Shown here one piece after another: positions 36,253 through 47,182 of a DNA stretch of 64,000 nucleotides. The notes under the pieces were generated by a model, which had not been told where the DNA came from, ran no database searches, and saw only the letters and a program-made list of their open reading frames with translations. This DNA comes from a virus: IMG/VR virus record IMGVR_UViG_3300050014_000619. The stretch is one strand, 5' to 3'. The position numbers and the translations under genes are program-made. The stretch's first letter is position 1, and every line of letters begins with the position of its first letter.

Positions 36253-36987
36253 ATGGGACTATGCTCAAATAAGGAAAAATTTATTATTGCTGCACAAATA
36301 AAGCATAATAGCAAATATGACTATTCCAAAGTAGTATATGTTGGTAACAAAGATAAAATAACAATTATTTGTCCTAAACATGGTGAATTTTCACAGAGAC
36401 CAAATGATCATTTAACTGGATATGGCTGTAAGAAATGCCAATACGAAAAAATCTCAAAAGAAAATAAATTTACAAATAATATTTTTATTGAAAAGGCAAA
36501 TAAAAAACATAATAATACATATGATTATTCATTAGTTAAATATAATGGATATGAAAATAAAATTACTATTATTTGTAAAAAGCATGGTGAGTTTAATCAA
36601 TCGCCACATGCACATTTGGGTGGCGCAGGATGCCCTAAATGTAAAGAATCTTTTGGTGAGAAAAAAATTGCAGAAATCTTATTAAAATATAATATTCAAT
36701 TTGAAAGAGAGAAAACATTTAAAGATTTAAAATACAGAGCTAACTTATATTATGATTTTTATTTACCAAATCATAAAGTATTTATTGAATATCATGGAAT
36801 ACAACATTTTGCGCCAGTAAAATTTTTTGGCGGTAAAAATGCGCTTATTGAAACAAGAAAACGTGATATAATTAAATTGAAGTATGCTATAAATAATAAT
36901 TATTTGTTAATTTCATTATATAATATTCCAATAAAACATATGGATGAATTATTAACGAAAGCATTAAACTATAAATCAATAATATGA
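36253..36987 (+). mobile_element. Homing-endonuclease-like gene (two Zn repeats + DUF559-like nuclease)
   Basis: Two KH...YDYS.V.Y....KITIIC.KHGEF.Q.P..HL.G.GC..C repeats; YDFYLP..IEYHG.QH. Confidence 0.78.
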
Positions 36988-37808
36988 GCAGGATATCACC
37001 AAAATATTTACCACAAGTGGGTGCACCAATTGATTTAATTTTTGAAAAACTTATTGAAAATGACTGTGAGTATATGAACATTCAAATGAATCCTAATGAA
37101 CTACAATCATCGCAACCATTTACATTATCCGATGATGTTCACACTGCAGTAAACGATGATATGCATCCTATATGGATTGATAATGAAATGAAAATTATTG
37201 ACGGTCATCATAAATGGGTTAAAGCACTACTTGATAACACACCAATATTTGTTGTTAAATTAAGTATGGATTTTAAAAATGCTGCAAGACTTTTAAATAA
37301 GATTCAAGATATATATGAATATGAACAGCATCAAGGAATGGAAGAAGTGGAAGCACAAGATGCAATCAACATGGATAATCAAGCAGATTCAGGCATTAGT
37401 GATAGTGAATTTCTTAATACATTAGAAGAAGATAATCTCAATGCACAATCAGGAGATACTTCAACTAACGGACAGGTAATCATTGGCTATAGAAAAGACC
37501 CAATAAAAGAAAATTCAGTTATTGGTAATTTTTTTATGTTGAAACCCGTTGAGGGTTTTGATAAATATGAAATTGAATTTGATAATTTACTTGATGTACA
37601 TTCTCTGGGAGTCGTATACAAAGATGGTCAGAATCCCATAGACATTCTTTCAAAGGTTTGGTTTCCACATGTGAATTTTGAAAAATTAAGTCAACAATAT
37701 AATATGCCAGTAGAAAACCTGAAGTGTAAAGCAATTGCAGAAAAAGCAGTTAAAATGGGCTATGATGGCATTAAATATGGCGATACATTAGTACAAGGAT
37801 TAAAATAA
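36984..37808 (+). CDS. ParB/Srx-like N-terminal domain protein
   Basis: PIWID..IIDGHHKW; acidic linker; C-terminal GYDGIKY. Confidence 0.6.
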   Translation: MSRISPKYLPQVGAPIDLIFEKLIENDCEYMNIQMNPNELQSSQPFTLSDDVHTAVNDDMHPIWIDNEMKIIDGHHKWVKALLDNTPIFVVKLSMDFKNAARLLNKIQDIYEYEQHQGMEEVEAQDAINMDNQADSGISDSEFLNTLEEDNLNAQSGDTSTNGQVIIGYRKDPIKENSVIGNFFMLKPVEGFDKYEIEFDNLLDVHSLGVVYKDGQNPIDILSKVWFPHVNFEKLSQQYNMPVENLKCKAIAEKAVKMGYDGIKYGDTLVQGLK

Positions 37809-37814
37809 AAAACT

Positions 37815-38168
37815 ATGAATACATACAAAATTACAAACATAACAAATTTCGCAGGTAAGCGTGATTATAAATTCAATTCCGATTTGGATATTGAGTACGT
37901 TGATAACATGATGAAAAAAACAGTTAAGGTTAAACCTAATCAAACAGTTTTCTTAACAGTTGAATCTCTTCCATTGTCTGTACACAGACTTAGGGTAAAA
38001 AATTTAGTAACAGTTACTGAAGTCAGCAAAAACGAATTGGCTGGATTGATGGCAGAACAGAAAAAGCCTGTGCCAGTAGCAGCAGTAGTTCAGGTGGAAG
38101 TTCCTGAAGAAATGTCAGCAAATGAGATAAAGCCTATAAAGAGAAAGAAAAAAGATAACGAAGAGTAA
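37815..38168 (+). CDS. Hypothetical protein
   Basis: Clean ORF in operon. Confidence 0.6.
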   Translation: MNTYKITNITNFAGKRDYKFNSDLDIEYVDNMMKKTVKVKPNQTVFLTVESLPLSVHRLRVKNLVTVTEVSKNELAGLMAEQKKPVPVAAVVQVEVPEEMSANEIKPIKRKKKDNEE

Positions 38169-38197
38169 ATCTTTGATTTTCTATATTTTAATTAATT

Positions 38198-38225
38198 GGT
38201 CGATATTTTTATCGACCTTTTTTTT
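38198..38225 (+). terminator. Rho-independent terminator
   Basis: GGTCGATA/TATCGACC plus T8. Confidence 0.8.
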
Positions 38226-38370
38226 ATTTATTATAGCTATTTTGATAATTATGCAGTATATTTGTTCCAATAAATATTGTATATTTTCATGGCAAGATTG
38301 ACTTTTGCAAAAATAATTCGTATTTATTTATAATTAATTACATAATTTTATAATAATTTATAAAGACAGT

Positions 38371-39753
38371 ATGAACGGAAAGATTAGAATTTTATTCTAC
38401 AACCTTGATTCAGCGGGAGTAAACTACTTCAGAACATTAACACCAGCACAAGAACTTCAAAGAAATCATTCAGACGAATTTTTCGTTGAAATTAATCCAC
38501 AAATTGATTTTAATGACCCAAAGTATATTGATTACTTAAGATCATTTCATATTATACATTATCATCGTCAATTTCTTGGTGAAACAAAGGACATGATAAA
38601 CTTAGCTACTGAATTAAGAAAATCGGGAACTATATTAATAGTGGATATTGATGACTACTGGCAGTTACATAAGAAACATCCGTTCTACACACTGAACCTT
38701 GAAAAGAAAATGCATATTCCAATAATGGAAAATCTTAAGATCGCTGATTACGTTACCACTACAACCGATTTATTTGCTGAAGAAATTCGCAAAGTAACTG
38801 GTAGAGATAATGTTGGGGTGTTTTATAACAGCATTGACCCTACATGGATGAAACAATTTCAGAATAACAGGAAGCCTGACCCTGATGGACTTGTAAGAAT
38901 TACATACATGGCTGGTTCTTCTCACATGGGCGACATGGAACAACTTGATGGCGTATTCAACGTATTATCAAATGACTCAGACCTTAAGGACAAATTTAAA
39001 GTAATACTTGCTGGTTGGGATACTGAAGGTAACACGACTGATATCACATTCAATCAGGAATTTGGAACAATACTTCAAAAGAAAGGCTTATGGACACCAC
39101 AGACTGTTAAGGCAATTAATAGATCGAGGGGTGATGTTGATAAAATTCCTAAATTACCAGAAGATTTAAAAGAAAAATTCAGAGGCAAAATATTTGATCA
39201 GAAACAACGTGATATCAAATCAACAGAAAGCGTATACCTTGTATATGAAAAAATCTTGACTGATAATCATCACATGATCAATAATCCCGACTATATTGAG
39301 TGGCTTAATAATTTTGAAAGAAATATTAAGTACGATAACGAAGGTAACTTTGCTCGTAGATGGACACAGAAAGCCAACACATATGCACAAGTTCTTGATG
39401 AAACTGATATAGTGATTGCACCGCTTGCTGACAATTCATTCAACTGGATGAAATCGAATTTGAAACAAGTAGAGTGTTGGACAAGAAAACTTCCAATTGT
39501 TTGTTCAGATATTCCACCATATAATGTTGATGGTAAGCATATGGAAAATTGTGTGTTGATTCCTGCAGAAAAGAATGCAAGAAAATACTGGCAGAAATAC
39601 TTAAAGAAACTCATACTTGATGCTGATCTCCGTAAACAACTTGGCGAACAACTATATGAAGACTTTAAAGATGAATATAACTTAGCAACGGTTACAAAAA
39701 AACGTGCTGACTTTTATAAAGCAGCAGTTGCAAAAACATTAGCAGTAGTTTAA
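38371..39753 (+). CDS. GT-B glycosyltransferase, GT4-like
   Basis: AGVNYFR..P, DIDDYW, ADYVTTTT, GSSHMGD, DIVIAPL..N.FN..KS.LK..E..PIVCSD. Confidence 0.85.
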   Translation: MNGKIRILFYNLDSAGVNYFRTLTPAQELQRNHSDEFFVEINPQIDFNDPKYIDYLRSFHIIHYHRQFLGETKDMINLATELRKSGTILIVDIDDYWQLHKKHPFYTLNLEKKMHIPIMENLKIADYVTTTTDLFAEEIRKVTGRDNVGVFYNSIDPTWMKQFQNNRKPDPDGLVRITYMAGSSHMGDMEQLDGVFNVLSNDSDLKDKFKVILAGWDTEGNTTDITFNQEFGTILQKKGLWTPQTVKAINRSRGDVDKIPKLPEDLKEKFRGKIFDQKQRDIKSTESVYLVYEKILTDNHHMINNPDYIEWLNNFERNIKYDNEGNFARRWTQKANTYAQVLDETDIVIAPLADNSFNWMKSNLKQVECWTRKLPIVCSDIPPYNVDGKHMENCVLIPAEKNARKYWQKYLKKLILDADLRKQLGEQLYEDFKDEYNLATVTKKRADFYKAAVAKTLAVV

Positions 39754-39765
39754 TATAAAAACAAA

Positions 39766-40179
39766 ATGAAAAAATCAAAAAAAGAGCAGAAGAAAGCTCG
39801 TAAAGAAGAAAAACAAGTTCGCTCAACAGTAATAGAAGCATTTGCTGGAAGAAATACCGAAAACGCAGATAAATTACAAAAAGCGAATAGGAAAAATAAA
39901 AAGATCGATAACGTCTTGATTCAAAGTTTAACTCAATCAGTTTTATTTAACAAGAGTATGATAAAAAGAGACAGAAATCAAACAAAAAAATGGCAAGAAT
40001 CTTATTATCAGCATTTATTTACTGAATTCAAGACCTTCATTGATAAATATAACGAAGGACTTCAGGTTAAGGGTGATAAATTATCTACCAGAGTGAACGA
40101 CTTAAAAATAACGAAGAGAAATCTTCAAAATGAAATTGATAAACTTGAATTAAAGAAGAAAGTGTTAGCCAATGTTTAA
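39766..40179 (+). CDS. Basic coiled-coil hypothetical protein
   Basis: ORF in operon. Confidence 0.55.
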   Translation: MKKSKKEQKKARKEEKQVRSTVIEAFAGRNTENADKLQKANRKNKKIDNVLIQSLTQSVLFNKSMIKRDRNQTKKWQESYYQHLFTEFKTFIDKYNEGLQVKGDKLSTRVNDLKITKRNLQNEIDKLELKKKVLANV

Positions 40180-41152
40180 TTTTTTAAAGAAAGCATATTT
40201 CTGGTGTTATATTAAGATACATACTATTTTAATAAGTATTAGCATTGCTTTGTATAATACTGAACAGGATATACTTAAAGCAGACCCTAATGATCTGACC
40301 GAAAAAGATAAAAGAACCACAAGAAAACTTCATAGGAATCCTACTCTTGAAAAATTTTACGCAGGTAAAACTGATGAAAAGTACGTACAGGAATATTATG
40401 AAATCCTGAAGAAAGCTGATAAATTCATGCGTACTGCAACGCCACATCAAATGGCACTCGCAGCAGATAAACGTGGTACTAATTACGGTATGAAAGATCA
40501 ATATGGTAGAAGATATGAGCATTATGGTTTCTATGACGACAAGCACAAACACGCAGGTAAAACAGTTGGTGAAATACTCGTAGCAGAATTTGAAGAAAGA
40601 CGTACTAAAGATGATGATTATGAAATTCTGCATATCTTTAACAATAAACCAATTGAAGTCGGTTTAGGAAGAATTTTTGATGTGGTTAAGAAAACCGACA
40701 AGGTTGAAACAGTACCAGTGATTTCGAGTATAACCAAAACTGAAAGTGCTGAGATAGCCAATGTTACTGATTATCAACAACAGAATGTATATGAGGTAAA
40801 TGATATGCTTGAGAGATCAAAGTCATTTGAATTTCCAATAAAAGTTTTGAGAGAAAATTATAGTAGTAAAAACAAAATCGAACAACTTACTGAATTTCTT
40901 CATGTAAAAAAGATTGGTTTTGAATACAGGCAATTGGAATTTTTTATACCTTTGAAATTTAAATCAACTGAGCTTACCGAAGACAGCGACATATTTAAAG
41001 AACTTATTGACATTAAAGAAGTTTATTTACATGGTGATTATGGTGAGCTTATTGGGTATGGAGTAATTAAATACATAAAAAGAATAACACATAATGAAAC
41101 TCACGATGTGCTGAAATTCGAAGCAATCGAAATGCAGAACGTGAGAACCTAA
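40172..41152 (+). CDS. Hypothetical protein with N-terminal hydrophobic segment
   Basis: IHTILISISIALY; long ORF. Confidence 0.6.
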   Translation: MFNFLKKAYFWCYIKIHTILISISIALYNTEQDILKADPNDLTEKDKRTTRKLHRNPTLEKFYAGKTDEKYVQEYYEILKKADKFMRTATPHQMALAADKRGTNYGMKDQYGRRYEHYGFYDDKHKHAGKTVGEILVAEFEERRTKDDDYEILHIFNNKPIEVGLGRIFDVVKKTDKVETVPVISSITKTESAEIANVTDYQQQNVYEVNDMLERSKSFEFPIKVLRENYSSKNKIEQLTEFLHVKKIGFEYRQLEFFIPLKFKSTELTEDSDIFKELIDIKEVYLHGDYGELIGYGVIKYIKRITHNETHDVLKFEAIEMQNVRT

Positions 41153-41165
41153 TAATCAAATTAAT

Positions 41166-41633
41166 ATGGGAAATTTTTTGGAAGACTTAAAAAAATCTGT
41201 AGAAACTGGTGAATTTAATTCCGAAGCAGCTAAAAAAATAATCGAAGTGAGTAAACTCGCTGACGAAAAAGCAAAAGGAAATGCTTTTAAGATGGTTCAA
41301 GATCGTCTTGAAAAAGCTGGATACAATGATGCAATTCCTGAAGAAGAAAGGATTGAACTTAATTCAGAATACGAACAGGAAATGGAAAAGATTAAAAAAC
41401 AGGATGCTGAAAATAAACGAATTGCGGATTTAACAAATTTAGCCGATAAACAAATTGCATTACTGATAGAAATGAACGACATGGTGATGGCAAGTATTAC
41501 CGATATGATGTCATTTGTTACTGAACTTGAAGAAAAATTCAAGAAAGAAATTGAAGATAAAAACCCGATTTTTATCAGCCTTACACAAGAAATAGCAAAA
41601 ATCAAAAACAAATATAATATTACTAACAATTAA
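41166..41633 (+). CDS. Coiled-coil hypothetical protein
   Basis: Helical, charged ORF. Confidence 0.6.
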   Translation: MGNFLEDLKKSVETGEFNSEAAKKIIEVSKLADEKAKGNAFKMVQDRLEKAGYNDAIPEEERIELNSEYEQEMEKIKKQDAENKRIADLTNLADKQIALLIEMNDMVMASITDMMSFVTELEEKFKKEIEDKNPIFISLTQEIAKIKNKYNITNN

Positions 41634-41646
41634 AAATTAATTATTT

Positions 41647-42126
41647 ATGGCAAAAATTCAAAAAGCATCTGAAGAGATGGAAAACCTTTTCGATGAGGTA
41701 AAAGACACTACAACAGTGAAAGAATGGCTTAAATTCGAAGTTCTTTGTAATAATAAACAAAAAGAACTGTACAAAATCGTCAAAGCAAATGAAATCGTTG
41801 AAATCCTTACTGATGGAGTAAACTTCGCAGTGATATTCAATGAAGAAATCTTTGATCAACTCCCTGAAGATATGAAAAGAATGGCAATTACTGAATGCCT
41901 TGCAGGTGTTTGTGTAAACGAAAATGATGTTGTATCATTGGAGAAGCCAAATTTCAGTACTTACAGAGGCATCTTACAGAAGTTCGGTCACGACCCGATA
42001 ATTGTACTGCATGAAAGCATTAAGAGTCTCTATGACGCTCAAAAGCAGAAAGCAGACGAAGAAAAGGCACAGAAGAAAGAAAAGAAAGGCAAAAAGGGTG
42101 CTTTTGCTAAAGCATTCGAAGAGTAA
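41647..42126 (+). CDS. Hypothetical protein (possibly degenerate phage metallopeptidase fold)
   Basis: AVIFNEEIFDQL...AITECL..KPNF; no HExxH. Confidence 0.5.
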   Translation: MAKIQKASEEMENLFDEVKDTTTVKEWLKFEVLCNNKQKELYKIVKANEIVEILTDGVNFAVIFNEEIFDQLPEDMKRMAITECLAGVCVNENDVVSLEKPNFSTYRGILQKFGHDPIIVLHESIKSLYDAQKQKADEEKAQKKEKKGKKGAFAKAFEE

Positions 42127-42144
42127 TTCATATTATTTTATTTG

Positions 42145-42175
42145 AAATCCCGATAATCACTTGTCGGGATTTTTT
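42145..42175 (+). terminator. Rho-independent terminator
   Basis: AAATCCCGATA/TGTCGGGATTT plus T-tract. Confidence 0.8.
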
Positions 42176-42183
42176 ATTTATAA

Positions 42184-42191
42184 GTATTTAT
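42184..42191 (+). promoter_or_regulatory. Putative late promoter GTATTTAT
   Basis: Between terminator and the gp25-like gene. Confidence 0.7.
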
Positions 42192-42207
42192 AGAAAAATC
42201 TTTTATA

Positions 42208-42606
42208 ATGCAATCATATAATATCAAATATCCGCTTCAAGATAACGTAGAGACAAATACTTATTTTAAAATGACTCAGGTAACTAAGGATGCATTTAGT
42301 TCTGACTTGCTTTTATTACTACTGACTCAAAAGGGTGAAAGATATTACGAACCAGATTATGGCACTGACTTACTAAAATACATATTTGAACCCAATGATA
42401 ATTTAACTGCAACTGATGTAGAACAAGATATAAAAAAAACTGTTTCGCTTTACATACCTGCACTTAAAATTACAAATGTTACATTTAATCAGAATACAGA
42501 TGATCAAGGACAACCAATCGATGCAAATCAATTGAATGTCAACATTAAATTCACATATAATGAAGATGCATTTACCGAAGCTGGTGAGATTGATTTAAAC
42601 TTTTAA
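42208..42606 (+). CDS. Baseplate protein, T4 gp25-like
   Basis: LLLTQKGERYYEPDYGTDL..YIFEP. Confidence 0.85.
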   Translation: MQSYNIKYPLQDNVETNTYFKMTQVTKDAFSSDLLLLLLTQKGERYYEPDYGTDLLKYIFEPNDNLTATDVEQDIKKTVSLYIPALKITNVTFNQNTDDQGQPIDANQLNVNIKFTYNEDAFTEAGEIDLNF

Positions 42607-42609
42607 AAT

Positions 42610-44451
42610 ATGGCAACAGATACAACAACAAACGTGATAAGATATGGTTCACGAACATTTGGCGAAATTCGCACAGACTTAATTTCATTAATTAAACAAA
42701 CCTACCCAGAAGTTCTTTCAGACTTTACGGATTCAAGCGTTGGTGCAATGCTTATTGATGTGAATGCAGGTATTGGTAACAACTTGGCAATTAATACCGA
42801 CAGAGCATTCCAAGAAACTCAATTGGAATACGCACAGCAACGTGCATCAATACTGAATATTGCAAAGAACATGGGTTTCAATATCCCAGCAAAACGTCCT
42901 TCAGTTACGGTAGTTGACTTCACAGTTACAGTGCCAGTACTTGGTGATGCTCCAGATGCAAGTTATTTTCCTGTATTAGCTGCTGGTGCACAGGTTATTG
43001 GTGGTGGTAAAATATTTGAAACAACAGATAAGATTGACTTCAGCACACCATTGAGTAATTTAGGCACACCAAATCGTGCATGGTATCCAAATAAAGACCC
43101 TAACGGTATAATTGTTAGTTACAGGGTGGTAAAAAGAGAAGTGGTGGTTAATGGTTCAAGCAATATATTTAAAAGAACAATTGCCAGCACAGACGTAGTT
43201 CCATTTTTTCAAGTAACACTGCCTGACCCAGATGTATTGGAAGTCAGTAATATTATCTTAATGGAAGGTACGAATTTTAGTTCAAACCCAACCGATGGCG
43301 ATTTTAATAATCCCAGCCTTCAGTATTATGAAGTTGATGCACTTGCACAACAGAGAGTTTTCACTATTGACCCTAACAACTCCAAACCAAATGCTGATGG
43401 TATCAAAGCAGCTACTTGGATAGACGTAACGAAGAAATTCATAAAAGAATTTACACCAAATGGTTTCTGTCGTATAACCTTCGGCTCTGGAGATTCTGAT
43501 GTTAATGCATTTAAACAAGGATTCTTAAAAGCAGGTGTTAGTAATATTTCATTTCTTGATAATTTCTTAAATAATACAGCTTTAGGTGAAAAGCTCAAAG
43601 CAAACTACACATTATTCATTAAATATAAAACTGGTGGTGGTAGCAATTCAAACGTTGGTGCTGCAACATTAACACAACTTGGCAATTATAATTTAACTGT
43701 TCAAGGTTCTCGTCAGGATTATAATCAATCAGTACAAAGGAGTTTAATTGTTAATAATCCAATACCTGCTATTGGTGGTAATGATGGTCTGAGCACAGAG
43801 CAAATCAGACAATTAATTAAATACAATTTTGCTAGTCAGAACAGGGATGTTACGTTAACTGACTATCTTCTACAGCTTTACAAGATGCCCGGGCAGTTTG
43901 GTTCACCATTTCGTGCAAATGCATTTAAATTAAATAATAAAGTTGTTATTTCAATGTTAGGTATTGGTGATGATGGTAAGTTGTCAAATACCAGCAACAC
44001 ATTATTACTGAGCAATATCAGCGAATATCTTAGTTATTATCGAATGATTAATGATTATGTTGAAATAAAAAATGGCAAAATATTCAATTTGGGATTTGAT
44101 ATTGATGTATACGTGCAGAATATCACGGATAATCAGATTGCCAATAGCATTATTAGTATAGTCAGGAACTATTTTGATATTAACAATTACGAAATGAATC
44201 AGGATATTTTCTTGGGTCCGCTTCAAAAGCAGATTCTGTCAGCAAATGGCGTTATTAACGTTATTAATATTGTTGCATATAATAAAGTCGGTGGTTTGTA
44301 TTCAAATAATGCAATTTCTCAGGCTGTTGACCCAAATACTGGTCAAATAACATTGATTAACAATACGATTTACTCAACAGATGATTCGATGTTTGAAATA
44401 AAATTTCCAGAAAAGGATATAAGAGTATTTTTAAGAAAGAATGTTAGTTAA
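42610..44451 (+). CDS. Baseplate wedge protein, T4 gp6/baseplate J-like
   Basis: DFTDSSVGAMLID, A..R.SILNIA..MG, YKTGGG..SNV, AIGG.D, QNRDVTLTDY. Confidence 0.85.
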   Translation: MATDTTTNVIRYGSRTFGEIRTDLISLIKQTYPEVLSDFTDSSVGAMLIDVNAGIGNNLAINTDRAFQETQLEYAQQRASILNIAKNMGFNIPAKRPSVTVVDFTVTVPVLGDAPDASYFPVLAAGAQVIGGGKIFETTDKIDFSTPLSNLGTPNRAWYPNKDPNGIIVSYRVVKREVVVNGSSNIFKRTIASTDVVPFFQVTLPDPDVLEVSNIILMEGTNFSSNPTDGDFNNPSLQYYEVDALAQQRVFTIDPNNSKPNADGIKAATWIDVTKKFIKEFTPNGFCRITFGSGDSDVNAFKQGFLKAGVSNISFLDNFLNNTALGEKLKANYTLFIKYKTGGGSNSNVGAATLTQLGNYNLTVQGSRQDYNQSVQRSLIVNNPIPAIGGNDGLSTEQIRQLIKYNFASQNRDVTLTDYLLQLYKMPGQFGSPFRANAFKLNNKVVISMLGIGDDGKLSNTSNTLLLSNISEYLSYYRMINDYVEIKNGKIFNLGFDIDVYVQNITDNQIANSIISIVRNYFDINNYEMNQDIFLGPLQKQILSANGVINVINIVAYNKVGGLYSNNAISQAVDPNTGQITLINNTIYSTDDSMFEIKFPEKDIRVFLRKNVS

Positions 44452-45284
44452 TGGAATTCATAAAGAAAAAAATACTGCGCATAATGACGACAGGAACTAC
44501 CACTGGTTGTACCGTTACTGGTATGACTACATATCAAGTTCCCAGCGAAAATCTTTATTATACTAAATTTGGTTGTACAAAGAATACAATTATTCCAGTA
44601 ACAAATTCAGGCTTTACATATGGCTTTCAGATTTTATTAACACAAAATATCACAGATATTGGATTTCTTGATGCATATCTGGTAGATGCTCCATATGATT
44701 ACATCAATATTGCAGCAACACCTGATGGTTTGAACAAATTTAAAAAGTTCCTCAGTGGTGGTACAACACTTGCTGCAAGTGGATTAATAATCAGTCATTC
44801 GAATGGCAATATTACTGGCACAACAGTACCAAACATTCCATATACAGTAACTGGTGTTTCTTCAAGCCGTTTACCTGAATTACGTAAATATAGTACAAGT
44901 CCAGTTTTCACCAATCAATATTTTGGTGGTGGAAGTCCAACAGTTGATGGTGTTGATTTTCCTAATTCAAATCCCCTCACACGAATTGTTTATTATCTCG
45001 GTGGAATTCAATATGTTGATTTATTAACTGGTTTTACTTCTGGCACAACATATAGTTTTGCTGGTGTAGGATATAATAGTCCGAATTTTATTAATAAACC
45101 TCTTTATAAGAATCCTAACAAAGAAAATATTATCAGCAACCCAAAAATTAACGATGATGTATTTATAGTAAGACAAGAAGTATCAGCATTTGATTCGAAT
45201 TACAGATTGGAGTACATAAAAAACATGATTGATTTGGAAACATATGCTGGTGGTAATTTCTTTAAAATAGTAAAAAATAGTTAA
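44451..45284 (+). CDS. Baseplate-region structural protein
   Basis: Context; [ST]GxT-rich; PKINDDVFIVR. Confidence 0.6.
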   Translation: MEFIKKKILRIMTTGTTTGCTVTGMTTYQVPSENLYYTKFGCTKNTIIPVTNSGFTYGFQILLTQNITDIGFLDAYLVDAPYDYINIAATPDGLNKFKKFLSGGTTLAASGLIISHSNGNITGTTVPNIPYTVTGVSSSRLPELRKYSTSPVFTNQYFGGGSPTVDGVDFPNSNPLTRIVYYLGGIQYVDLLTGFTSGTTYSFAGVGYNSPNFINKPLYKNPNKENIISNPKINDDVFIVRQEVSAFDSNYRLEYIKNMIDLETYAGGNFFKIVKNS

Positions 45285-45286
45285 TT

Positions 45287-46222
45287 ATGACAAACCAATA
45301 TTGTGAATCGGAAATTAATGAAATAATATCATTATATTCATCTGGAATGTCATTATCAAAAATGCGTGAAATTTTAAAAAGAAAAAAGGATAACATAAAG
45401 AAAATACTTATTGAAAATAACGTTTGGGTTGAAGAGAGAGATGTTCTAAAAAAATCATTTAATGAAAAGGAAATAATTTTAATTAAGAAAATGTATTTAA
45501 ATGAAAATCTTAGCACACAAAAAATAGCAAATAATTTTAATGTTAGTAAAGAACCAATAACACGAATATTGAAAGAACTACAGATATTAAGAAGAGGTAA
45601 TAGTAGTGGTATTAAAATTAATTTAACTGAAAAACAAAAAGAAAACATAAAAAATTTATATTTAAATGAATATAAAAGTGTAAAAGAAATTGGGAAAATT
45701 ATTGGTTGTTCGGATAATTTTATTAGTAAATATTTAGCAAAAAATAAATTATTAAGAAGTAGAGGTGAAGCAACCACATTATCAAAAACAGGAAAAAAAC
45801 TTTCAGAAAAAACAATAAAAAATATGAAACAAGGACAAAGAAATTTAGTCCTTAGTGGTAAGAGAAAACAAACTGGAGGTGTCTGTAAAACGTTTATTGT
45901 TGAAAATTTAACTTGTAAAGGTACATATGAAAAATCATATATTGAGTATTTATTAAAAAATAATAAAATATTGCCAGAAAATTGTAATATGATTATGACT
46001 CCGCATGGTGGATATTATCCAGATTTTAAATATCCTAATAAATTTATTGAAATAAAATCTCCATATACGTATGATATTTTATTGGGAATTAAAAAAAGTC
46101 GTTGGAGTAACCAATATGATTATAAACAATTAAAAAAAATAAAATGGGTTAATGAAAATATTATGCCTGTTGAAATTGTAGTTTTTGTTAAAAATAATAT
46201 TATGAAAATTAATACTCTATAA
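45287..46222 (+). mobile_element. Homing-endonuclease-like gene (HTH repeats + PD-(D/E)XK)
   Basis: Three HTH-like repeats; YYPDF..IEIKS; very AT-rich; interrupts the baseplate operon. Confidence 0.72.
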
Positions 46223-46223
46223 C

Positions 46224-47156
46224 GTGGCAGTTGGCACAATAGGCATAGTAAGACCCGCAGACGTTAGTATCGATGATATTGACATGTATTACAATTATAC
46301 TCCGAACAGGCAAACAAGCAACACTGTAATGCTTCCATTGGTAGCAACAGAAATATTATCATATGCTTATTTACCAGATGCAGACCCTCTTCGTCAACCA
46401 GTAACTAACCAGAGTTTACTTGAAAATTCCAACATATTGGAAGGAATTTATAATCTAAGATTGCCAGCATCAATTTTTAATCAATTGGGAATTTACACAA
46501 TTTACATCAAACCCAAAACATATAAATTACAAATTACCGATTGTAGCGTATTATCATCACTTCCAAGCGTTAATGGTATTACAATTAATGTGAATGATCT
46601 GCCTACGACCTTACAAGCCAATAATGCCTTACAGGGATTTAAGGTTGAATATCTTAATGCCGATGGTACTAAATTAAGAAATGTGGTTAGATATGTTGTT
46701 ACTTCAAATAAAGTCGTTCCAGTAAATGAAAATATTGGTAATACTACGCAAAAAGCCACACGTTATCGTTTTGATGATACTGGTAGTCTGATATTTTTAC
46801 AATTAACTCCAAGTAGTTCATCAGATGTGAAGCCTAATGTGTTGCCATTTATTGGCAATCCAACAGGAATTATTTTATTATCAAATACTTTCTTTTCACC
46901 ACTTGCAGTTGAAGTTGAAATGGTTGATACAACTCTTGAAACACTTGCTGATATCGTTGCTGGTGAGCAAATGAAAGATGTTCAGAATGGTATTTTGACA
47001 TACTATGATAAGAACAGAAATATAATCAAACAGTTCAATTTATTTGAAGCAAAAGATCAAGTTACGAACGTACCAGTATATGAATTAAAAGAATTACGAG
47101 ACACTATTGATACAACACAAGATATTACTACCGTATTGGGTGAAATACCACAATAA
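46224..47156 (+). CDS. Baseplate-region structural protein (GTG start)
   Basis: RPADVS, GIYNLRLP..F...GIYTIYIKP; context. Confidence 0.6.
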   Translation: MAVGTIGIVRPADVSIDDIDMYYNYTPNRQTSNTVMLPLVATEILSYAYLPDADPLRQPVTNQSLLENSNILEGIYNLRLPASIFNQLGIYTIYIKPKTYKLQITDCSVLSSLPSVNGITINVNDLPTTLQANNALQGFKVEYLNADGTKLRNVVRYVVTSNKVVPVNENIGNTTQKATRYRFDDTGSLIFLQLTPSSSSDVKPNVLPFIGNPTGIILLSNTFFSPLAVEVEMVDTTLETLADIVAGEQMKDVQNGILTYYDKNRNIIKQFNLFEAKDQVTNVPVYELKELRDTIDTTQDITTVLGEIPQ

Positions 47157-47182
47157 TTTTCCGTTGCGCAATTCAAATGCTA

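Noticed and set aside
42208-42606. Lysozyme/endolysin call for the gp25-like gene
   Set aside because: gp25 family is a structural sheath-initiating protein; no catalytic motif seen
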